From positions 9,251,577 through 9,315,576 of the forward strand of contig NC_069010.1 of the NCBI RefSeq assembly GCF_001194135.2: a stretch of DNA of 64,000 bases, in the 5' to 3' direction. Positions 54,121 to 64,000 of the stretch are shown piece after piece (the stretch's first letter is position 1; each line of letters begins with the position of its first letter). Source of the DNA: Octopus bimaculoides (taxonomy: Eukaryota). A model generated the notes under the pieces. The model was not told the DNA's origin. It saw only the letters and a program-made list of their open reading frames with translations, and searched no databases. Both the position numbers and the translations under genes were made by a program.

Positions 54121-54803
54121 GTGAAGTATACATACACATATCTGTGTGTGTATATATCTTGTTATATATATATATATGTTTATATATTTGTGTGTATGTG
54201 TTTAGACAATCTGCCTCGAATTCCATGTGACCCAGGCCAGCATGAAAGAGATATGAATTTTGATGGAGTAAACCTCTCTGCTCGCAGTGAGGTTGTCTGT
54301 TCACCCTTCTCATGATGCTCCGGTCTAAAGCTGAAACCATTAAGAGACATCACAGTTGCCAGTCTCTGGCCATCTAGTCACTGCTGGCATGTATGCATAC
54401 AATTATATATGTGCAGGCTGCAGCAACAGAGCCATTTAGCTGTTATTTCTAGCAGTGTAGGTAGGTGTTCTAACACCCTCAGTCATAGTTAATAACGTTT
54501 ATTGTTTTCCTTTTAGGTGAAACTCTGCTAACGAGCTGCTTTGCTTAATTATATATATATATATATATAGATATATGTGTGTGTGTGTATGGATCAAAAC
54601 AGTTTGATTCAAATTTGTTGGTATTCTTGAATTTCGAGTGTGATGCTAGACATGAGCCATTTTGAATTTGGAATGGCTGACGACTAGCATCATGCTTGAA
54701 GCTCAAGAATATCAACAAATTTGAATCAAACTGTTTTGATCCCTACATGTAACTCCCAATAAATTGGTTGGGTGCCCTTCTTTCATTTGTCCCCTCACTC
54801 GTA

Positions 54804-54839
<36 letters not shown>

Positions 54840-55125
54840 ATTACACCCACACACACACACCACATATCTGCCCCTCTGCTCTACAGAGTCTCCTGGTCTG
54901 CCTTTCACACACACACACCACACAAATTATATGTACATGTGTGTAAGTTGTATTGACATGTATATACATATCCACATACACACATGCATGTGTTGTATAT
55001 ATACATACATATATTTTGCTGTTTTACATCTGCGTTTGTATGAGTGTCAGAGACGGAGATGTATCAGTGTAGCCACATTTGTTTCAAAGTTTTTACTGAC
55101 CAAGATGTTCTTTTATATATTTCAG

Positions 55126-55536
55126 ATGGCTACGGCAACAAGAAGTATAACTGCTCTACTGCTGATCGTCAGCCTCTTCTGTTTTGTTGCTGGCTGGAAA
55201 AGAACATGCACTTGTCCCTCCACAGTGGTCCAGCCTGCCAACAAACAGAACCCAGTTTCCAGTGATGTCCCCATTGTGAGGAATGTTCTAGACCAGCTGT
55301 CATTGTGTCCATGGAAGATGGAAATGGATTTTGACCAACATAGAATGCCAGCCAGTTTGATCTATGCCAAATTGCAAACATCAGCCTACTGCAACAACAT
55401 GGAACGACAATGCATGGCTGTTACAGAAACAGTCAATGTCACTGTACGATGCTCAGACAGCAGATGTGTGACATGCACCGAAGACATCCCCATCGCATTT
55501 GTATGTGCCATGCGGCATGTAGTTGTAATTAACTAA
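55126..55536 (+). CDS. Secreted 136-aa IL-17-like (cystine-knot) protein, divergent
   Basis: The ATG directly follows a branch point (TACTGAC) and a ttttatatatttcag acceptor. Hydrophobic signal peptide 1-23. The motif SLCPWKMEMDFDQHRMPASLIYAK resembles the IL-17 RSLxPWxYxxxxDxxRxPxxIxEAxC motif. Nine mature Cys; N-glycosylation site N104-V-T. Confidence 0.75.
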   Translation: MATATRSITALLLIVSLFCFVAGWKRTCTCPSTVVQPANKQNPVSSDVPIVRNVLDQLSLCPWKMEMDFDQHRMPASLIYAKLQTSAYCNNMERQCMAVTETVNVTVRCSDSRCVTCTEDIPIAFVCAMRHVVVIN

Positions 55537-56151
55537 GGAAGTTTCTACCAGAGGGTCATGGTTATCTACTGCCAATGTTGTCATTTCCATTTATGGTAGT
55601 TCTACCCAAGACAGCAGACATGTTTCTCTTCCAAGAATGCAAGCCACGATAAGAACTATTTATCAATTAATTTATTAATTACTATTTTCAAATGATATAT
55701 ATTTACAAAAAGGAAAAGGTTTTTAGTGATTTGTAATGAACTCCTATAAAGACTTCAAATAACTTTGAAAGATTTATTCTAAACAGTTGTCACTAGGTAT
55801 TTGTTTGCTTTCTCTCAGCTAAGAATGGAGAGTTTAATTAAATATTTATTGCATACATTAGTTAGTATGCAGCTCATTAATTCCACTATTTATATCTTTC
55901 ATTTACACACAAAACACCACACATACATGCATGCACACACACACCTATGAAACCACTCAAACATGTACATATATTTATTTTTACACAGAAATGCAGAGTT
56001 TTTAATTTATTTTATACCCCATATACCTATACATACAATATAATATGCGTGCACACACGTTTATTTCCTCAAGATGCACATATTATCTATTTATTTATTT
56101 CAACACACACAAACACACATTTATTTATTTATTTTCATATATATATATATA

Positions 56152-56197
<46 letters not shown>

Positions 56198-56220
56198 CAC
56201 ACACACACATGCACATACAT

Positions 56221-56445
56221 ACACACATAAGGATGTGAACACACAATTATTTATTTTCAACCTCCCCACCATATATTTATATATATACACACACACACAC
56301 ACACATAAGGATGTGAACACACAATTATTTATTTTCAACCTCCCCACCATATATTTATATATATACACACACACACACACACATAAGGATGTGAACACAC
56401 AATTATTTATTTTCAACCTCCCCACCATATATTTATATATATATA
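56221..56445. repeat. 78-bp tandem repeat, ~3 copies
   Basis: TAAGGATGTGAACACAC recurs at 56228, 56306 and 56384. Confidence 0.9.
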
Positions 56446-56533
56446 AGCCTGTCCTTTTCAAACTACAATGTCTGAAGAAGTGATTGAACTTTAAATTTAT
56501 AACATAAATTGCCGAACTTTGTATGTAATGTGA

Positions 56534-56588
56534 AATAAATGGCGTTTGATTACTGAAACATTGATTTGACTTCTGTTTTACTCAATAA
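56534..56588 (+). terminator. Candidate polyA signals of IL-17-like gene
   Basis: Two AATAAA hexamers after a ~1-kb AU-rich tract, followed by T/GT-rich sequence. Confidence 0.45.
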
Positions 56589-57269
56589 AGAATTCTTGTT
56601 ATTCATTGTGTGGATTGTAACATTTGATATACAGACATACACACACATGCATCATCATCATTTAACATTTGTTTTCCATGCTGTTATGGGTTGAATGGTT
56701 TGACTAGAGCTGGCTCGCTGAAGAACTGCCCAGGCTCCCTGTCTGTTTTGGCATGGTTTCTATGGCTGGATGCCCTTCCTAGTGCCAACCACTTTACAGA
56801 GTGTATTGCGTGCTTCTCTGGCATTAGTGCATTTATGTAGCACCAGCACCTACAAGCCCACAAGAGATGCTTAGCTGGAGAGGGATGCAGGAGACAAGCT
56901 TGTATGCAAGGACAGCCATACTTTTACTAAGTCTGATGTGTCTTTTCAAGCACAGCAAACTGCTAGGAGTCTCAGCTCTCTGTCGTCCCTTCTGTGGGGC
57001 CCAATGTCTGCAGATCCTTTCTCACCACTTCATCCCACATCTTCCTGGGTCTACCTCTTTTGTCGGCCCAAGGCTATAGTAGAAGACACTTGGCCAAAGT
57101 ACCATGGAGTGGGATTGCACCCAGGATCTCATTGTTGAGAAGCAAGGTTCTTATCTCACCAACACCTAGCAAAAAAAGAAAAGAAAAAAAATGGTCGTCC
57201 TACAAACATACATATTAGCAGAATGCAAATTTTCATAGCTTTGCACACGATGTGTGTCAGTATGTATAA

Positions 57270-57850
57270 GCAGACGCCAGCCAATAGAAGTTCGCTTCCC
57301 AAGCACATGATTCCAAGTTCAGTCCCACAGCGTGGCACCTTGGGTAAGTTTTGATCTACTATAGCCTCGGAACGACCAAAGTCTTCTCAGTGGATTTGAT
57401 AAAAAGAAACTGAAAGAAACCCATCGTGTTTGTGTCTTTGCGCTTGTATTTGTTCACCACAGCTACTTGGCAATCGGTATTGGTTTGTTTACGTTGACAG
57501 AACGTAGCAGTTCGGCAAAAGACTCTGATAGAATAAGTACCAAACTTAGGAAACAAAAATAAGTACTGGGGTCCGATTTTTTCCACTGAAGCCCGTCGTA
57601 TATATATACATACACACATATATATATATGTGTGTGTGTGTGTGTTTGTGTATCTGTTTGTCCCCCACCATCGCTTGACAACCGATGCTGGTGTGTTTAC
57701 GTCCCCGTAACTTAGCGGATCGGCAAAGAGACTGATAAAATAAGTACTAGGCTTACAAAGAATAAGTCCTGAGGTCCATTTGTTCGGTGTACCTCAGGCG
57801 GTGCTTCAGCATGGCCGCAGTTAAATGACCGAACCAAATAAAAGAAAGAA
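57270..57850 (+). mobile_element. SINE family A, CpG-rich copy with duplicated body
   Basis: Head at 57285; body/tail segment occurs twice (57420-57590, 57590-57840). Confidence 0.75.
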
Positions 57851-58196
57851 TAAAATAATTATTCTGAAAGTTATGAGGAAACTAATTCGATGGGGCACAA
57901 TTGTGTAGGTTTGGTTCGACGTTATGTCAGAGCAGCGACGGTGACAGCAACAGCGCGTCGGATAAAATGAGTTAAAAATTTTATTACGTTCCGTCGCGTT
58001 GTGAGTTCAAATCCCGTCAGAGTCGATATTACTTTCTTGGGTTTTCCGGGTCGGAAAAATATAGTTAAAGCAAAGATAAAGTAAAGTACTATCGATGGTT
58101 GACCTAAGATTGGTCTTTCTGCTTACGCCACTCCTGTGTAACGATAAAATAAACGACAAATTTTTATTTCCCGTACAGACATCCGTAATGGCCAAG

Positions 58197-58419
58197 CTAC
58201 CCCCCCCCCGCATTCCTCCAGCAAGAATTTTTTAAAAAATTAATAAATCTGTACAATTTTTGACTTCGCTTTCGGTCCTCCGTAAACAGCTCGGCCTTAA
58301 CCTCAAACTTGTGGCCTTGTGCTGTGTTAAACTCGTATTTCATGCTCCACCTGGGACAAAAACAAAATCTTTAAGCACAAAAAAATATAGTTTTATATCA
58401 CTTACGGTGATCCGTAAGT
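58197..58419 (-). other. Possible first exons of a minus-strand gene (donor at 58405, 55-nt intron, acceptor 58351, ATG 58343)
   Basis: Minus strand: ...ATCACC|gtaagt...ttttgtcccag|GTGGAGCATGAAA; A at -3; upstream in-frame stop; 48-aa ORF MKYEFNTAQGHKFEVKAELFTEDRKR...; CpG-rich surroundings. Confidence 0.35.
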
Positions 58420-59180
58420 TGGTCGGTTTTTAGCGTCTCATTAATCGTTTTTCTTTTTCCCTCCCTCTCACTATCATACCTTTATCTTTCACTCTCTCAT
58501 ATTCTGTATTTTCCTCTCTCTCCCTCTCTTACATACTTCTCTATTCGCTTCTTCTCTAGTTGACTGTCTACCCTCTCTTTTTCTCCGTTCCTCTCCCGTC
58601 CATAATTTTCTCGCCTTCCGTCTTTCTCTCTCTCCCTTTCTCTATTTCTCATTTTTCCCTGTCTTTCTTTATTTCTCTCTTCCAGTTTCTGTTTCTCACC
58701 CTTTCCCTCTCCTTCTCTGTCTTCCTCGCCCTTTTCCTCTCTCTCTCTTTCGATATTTCTCCTTCCGTCCGGCCTCGTTCTCGCCTCCAATGACGAAAGA
58801 AGATAAAGAAACAAGGGGAGACAACACCAGGTCACCGCCACTACATCTCACACTCATAGATGCACACATATATATATACACACATATTTATAAACACAAA
58901 TACGCTAACACTATACACACACTCCTATATATACACACACATTATATACACAACATATACAATGGTGAGTCGTCTCTTCTCTATTTTCTTTACCCATCTC
59001 GTCCCTCACATTGAATTATTTCTTTACCTTTTATGATATACACAAATAATATACATTCGTGCTTCTATCTGTTAACAGGCGGCATGTATACATACATATA
59101 TACGTATGTATACATGCAGAGAGATATATACACATACGTACATACCTGTATACACAGATCTTTGTATATAAATATATATG

Positions 59181-59217
<37 letters not shown>

Positions 59218-60109
59218 CTGCATGTATGTATGCTTATGTGTCTATGCTGAGATTCCCTTCACTTTATATATATATATATATATATATGTATATAACACAA
59301 CTATATATATANNNNNNNNNNTTCGTTGCAATTTGTGTGTCTAACCTAGCTTTTGGTATCAAAACATTTTCTACTCTATAAATCGAGCGAGTTTTCATTT
59401 ATATTGCCCCCCCCCCCACTCCATTTCTTTCTTGATTCTCTTCCATCGATCTATCTCTCTTTTCATCTCTCTCTCTATCGATCGATCTATCTCTCTCTCT
59501 CTATCTATCTGTATTTCTCTTTCCTTTTCCTCTCTAACTCTCTTATCTCTCCTTTAATGCCTCGTGTGTCTTTTTTTCTTTTTCAATGGTTTCCTCTCTC
59601 TTTCTCTCTCTGGGTAACATATATATATATATATATATACATACATAAATATATATTCACGTATTTTCTCTTTCCTAATATATATATTATATCCTACCAA
59701 TCTCCTATTTCACTGTCTTCGTTTCGATCTTGATGTGATTGTCTATATATCTATCGTTTATTTGTGACTGTGTATATGTGTGTAGATATATATATATATA
59801 CCCATGCATGCGTCTAGTCATGTATATGTAAGGTTACCTACCAGACTACAAACTTTGAACAGCAGGTTTTCGTGATTTTTTTAATGTTATGGTAGCACAA
59901 AATAAACAAAAACTACACACACACACCATCATTACATGCATGCAGACATATATAAACACCAGATTCACAAACTCGCATTGCAATGGCTGGTGTGCTATCA
60001 TTATTAAATGCTAAAAGGACAAAGAAGATTGTCGAAAAACAAACAGGCAATCAAAACGGACAGAGCAAGTTATGAAAGCAACAGAAAGACTTCTAGCCGC
60101 ACTAATTAA

Positions 60110-60440
60110 AGAGAGAATTAGTTAAATGCAGTCTGGGTTTGGTGTTAGGTCAGGGTTACGTTGATGGCCTTTTTTCTAATGAGACAGAAGTTAAGAAAGG
60201 GCCAGCCCTTCTACCCGGCATTTGTTGACCTGGAGAAGGACTTTGATGGGATACATAGCTCTTTCGTTACGAGACAGCCACAGCAGAAGTCAACCACTTT
60301 ACCTAAGGTTGTTTTGTTTTTGACCCGGAGAAGGAATCTGATTGGGATACCCCCCGACCTGTAGTCTGCTGGTTGCTAAGAAAACTAAGTGTGGGTGAAT
60401 GGGAGAGCCAGGCAGGTCATGTACTGAGATGCTGGCAGAA
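60110..60440 (+). mobile_element. Decayed RTE RT fragment
   Basis: AFFLMRQ...FYPAFVDLEKDFD...LRKLSVGEW. Confidence 0.7.
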
Positions 60441-61729
60441 ATTAGTTTAACTAACATTTAAATTAGTTTAATTAGCATTTAAACCGGCCATATCTCACAA
60501 ACAGTCTACCCGTTTTGTATTCAAACCAGTCAGATCCAGCCTCTCACACTTACCCAACAATGTCATTGTGCAAATAAACAATCACATCATTGAAATCTCA
60601 AAGCTATGAGATGATGCCTGATTAATTCAAAACAATGTGAATAAATAAGCATGTCATTGGACAGAATAATCAGATTGTTAAGGGGTTAATAAGGAAGGTA
60701 GCATATTGATATGGGTTCATCAGAATTCAATTCTCAGCTTCCCTCATTCCCATTTATGACAGTTCTTCAGTCCAACGGAGAAGTGTTTATGACTGGGAAC
60801 TTCATCATTTAACAACCTCCTTCCATGCTGGCAGGGGTTGGACAGCTGGATGCCTTTCCTGTAGCTAAACACTGTACTGAGTTGACTGCATGCTTTTCAT
60901 GTGGCACCAACACTAGTGAGATCACTAAGTAACTTGCAAGACAAGATCCCTCAAGTAAGTGGCTTTTGCTGCCACGTGATGAGAGGATGAAATATGAGAG
61001 ACAGGGACGGGTGTCTTGCTGTAGGGGAGATACAATGGTTTGCAAAAGTGCAAGGTTGATGGGGGAAGATATGTATATCAATGAGTTTTCATAGTTATGT
61101 ATATTGAGGGCTTTCAGAAATTCCAGATGTGCTGAATCCACGAAAGGAAGATGTAGCAAAGACATACTTTAGTTGGCTGGCAAATGGTAACGGGGAATAG
61201 TTTTAAAAAAGGGCTCAGTTGAGGTGTCATACAATATCATCATCGTCATTGTTTTAATGACCTCTTTTCCTGCTTTGCAAGGGTCAGACGATATGTATTT
61301 GAGGCAGATTTTCAGTGGCCAAATGCCCTTTCTGCTGCCAACCTTCGCCTATTTCCAAGTGGGGTAATTTTTCTTGTGGCTAAATATGTTCTCACAGAAT
61401 ATTGGAAAAGACACAAACTTACACACATGCACACATGTAAACGTACAGAAAATTGCAGCTATCACACGATGTCAGGGCAAGGAGACAATAACACACACAG
61501 ATATATGAGGGTCTTCTTTTAGCTTCTGCCTGCCAAATCCACTCCCAAGGCTTCAGTTGGTCCAAGGGGCCATACGGTAGGATCGATCCCCAAATCATGT
61601 GGTTGGTAAGCAACCTTCTCATCATACAGCCTTTCTTGCTCTTTGATAGAAGACTGGAAATGGATGGCAGTGTTGGCATGATGAGGATGATGCTCATTCA
61701 CAACAGTGGCACAATATCAAGATGTGTGT

Positions 61730-62030
61730 CATCATCATCATCATCATCAATTAATGTCCATTGTCCCTGCTGGCAGGGGTTGGACAGTTTGACTGGGCTG
61801 GAAGGCTGCACCAGACTCTAGTTTGATTTGGCATGGTTTTCTATGGCTGGAGGCCCTTCCTAATGCCAACCACTCCAAGAGTGTAATGGGTGCTTTTATG
61901 TGCCACCAGCACGGGTGCCATTTGTGTGACACCAGGGTGTGTTTATGTGCTACTGGCCATGGGTGCCAATTTGTATGACACCAGTATCTGTCATAATTGA
62001 AATTTTACTTGGCTTGATGGGTCTTTTCAA
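61730..62030 (-). mobile_element. Family B copy
   Basis: (ATC)n...GGCCCTTCCTAATGCCAACCAC. Confidence 0.6.
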
Positions 62031-62524
62031 GCACGGATAATTAGGTAAAAATCATATAAACTAATTATTTTTGGAGAAAAATTTGAAAAGTTGAGAAATA
62101 TTTATGTCTACATAAAATGACATCCGAGATCTTGTTAAGTAAAACTTTTTTTGTCAGCACAGAGTATATTGATCAATTTTTTAATGCATAATTTAGTTTC
62201 TGCTTTGTGTATTGTATAGTGTGGTTTCCTTTATAATGAACCAATCTAGACTGAATTCTTTGTTGCACATTTTTGATTTATTAATGTGGGTAGCTAGTGC
62301 AGTTGTATTTTTTTGTTTCTTGATTAAATAAATAAATTTGTGTGGCCCCTATATCTTCTCTTAAAGTCAGTCGTACTTCCAGAGTTGAAACCTCAACTTT
62401 ATGTATGACATTTCCCCTTAAACAGAATCCCTTTAAGGGACATAATTCCTGGTTATGGCAATTGCATCTTTTATTTCCATGCTTCACCTTTATATTTTTA
62501 ATATCAGGATTATTATTATTATTA

Positions 62525-62957
62525 TGCCCCTGGGAACTCCTCTATGCTGATGACCTTGCACTAATTGCTGAGTCACTATCAGAACTAGAAGTGAAGTTTC
62601 AGGTGTGGAAACAAGGATTAGAATCGAACGGCCTTAGTGTCAACCAAGCTAAAACCAAAGTCCTAATAAGTAGGAAAGCAGACAAACCACAAACCCCTTC
62701 AGGTAGATGGCCCTGCTCGATCTGTAGAAAAGGCAAAGGTAGAAACTCCATAAGATGTACCCAGTGTAATCCATGGACACATAAGAGGTGCAGCAATATC
62801 AAAGAAAGGCTAACTAGGAAGATAGTTTTTGTATGTGGCAGATGCTCAGGAGCAATAAACACTGAAAATGTGCAGAGAACAACTTCTGCCACATTCCAGG
62901 GAGAAAAACTAGACATAGTTGATAGCTTCCGCTATCTTGGTGACCAAGTCAGTAGCG
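62525..62957 (+). mobile_element. 5'-truncated RTE LINE: RT YADD motif, PHD-like finger, FRYLG; runs into N gap
   Basis: PWELLYADDLALIAES...KTKVL...CSIC..CTQC..HKRC..CGRC...VDSFRYLGD. Confidence 0.88.
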
Positions 62958-63621
62958 NNNNNNNNNNNNNNNNNNNNNNNNNNNNNNNNNNNNNNNNNNN
63001 NNNNNNNNNNNNNNNNNNNNNNNNNNNNNNNNNNNNNNNNNNNNNNNNNNNNNNNNNNNNNNNNNNNNNNNNNNNNNNNNNNNNNNNNNNNNNNNNNNNN
63101 NNNNNNNNNNNNNNNNNNNNNNNNNNNNNNNNNNNNNNNNNNNNNNNNNNNNNNNNNNNNNNNNNNNNNNNNNNNNNNNNNNNNNNNNNNNNNNNNNNNN
63201 NNNNNNNNNNNNNNNNNNNNNNNNNNNNNNNNNNNNNNNNNNNNNNNNNNNNNNNNNNNNNNNNNNNNNNNNNNNNNNNNNNNNNNNNNNNNNNNNNNNN
63301 NNNNNNNNNNNNNNNNNNNNNNNNNNNNNNNNNNNNNNNNNNNNNNNNNNNNNNNNNNNNNNNNNNNNNNNNNNNNNNNNNNNNNNNNNNNNNNNNNNNN
63401 NNNNNNNNNNNNNNNNNNNNNNNNNNNNTGATTGCTTTATCAAGAAAGTCCGGCTTAATAGACTGGTAGTAATTAATAATTACTAATGTCAAATTGTATA
63501 AAGTGAGTTTTCCGTTTTCTTATTCAACGAGCAGAACCAAGTTCTGATGTCCCCTGTGGATATCCAAAGGTGGAAGGTCTGCATTTCTTTTAACACAAGG
63601 GACAATTCTGTCAATGATAGA

Positions 63622-63660
<39 letters not shown>

Positions 63661-64000
63661 TGCATTGTACTCCTCAGTACTGGATTATTAGGTTGTCTGC
63701 TAGTTGGGTGCACTGAAGGAGCTTTCTGTGATAGCCATAGGGTTCTATGAATTCATACATTACACTACAAACACACATACACACACACACCATATTTACA
63801 GATGTATAATGCCCGCCTTACAAAAAACAAAAGAATTAACGTAAAATGTCTGGGTCAAAATAGAGTAGCATGAAATATTTTAGATAAGAGGATAAAACCA
63901 GATTATTGATTTTTAGGTATTAAAAAATGTCTGTGTTGGGGTTCACATAATTATTTGAATAAATGTGTATGTGTACACATACATATTAATAGAGAAAATT

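Overview
Eukaryotic genomic DNA with no prokaryotic features. The microsatellite load, SINE/RTE families and an IL-17-like gene suggest an octopus-type cephalopod (inference). The main gene is the 3' half of neurofibromin (NF1) on the + strand. I assembled 29 GT-AG exons by hand (488 to stop at 41105); they give a phase-consistent 4024 nt / about 1340 aa covering the post-GAP linker, Sec14, PH, HEAT-like repeats and C-terminus. Downstream on + is a divergent secreted IL-17-like cystine-knot gene with a single coding exon (55126-55536) and an AU-rich 3' UTR. A possible 5' end of a minus-strand gene lies near 58.2-58.9 kb. The rest is introns and intergenic DNA filled with tRNA-head SINEs, RTE/CR1/L2 LINE relics, a Tc1 relic, Penelope-type relics with minimal hammerhead-like motifs, microsatellites and 10 N gaps. 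The most interesting unexplained structures are these: (1) a triplicated acceptor plus exon start in front of the NF1 terminal exon; (2) strong unannotated exon candidates in NF1 introns (22697-22765 in frame; 33988-34036); (3) a cluster of fold-back hairpins, a palindromic TGAGT-N10-ACTCA array and NRF1-like sites in the last NF1 intron (29.3-31.4 kb); (4) a hammerhead-like motif next to a 260-nt palindrome (8.76-9.09 kb); (5) the IL-17-like protein, which appears to have lost both partners of one conserved disulfide. Comparisons to human or fly sequences are from memory and need database confirmation. Repeat boundaries are approximate.
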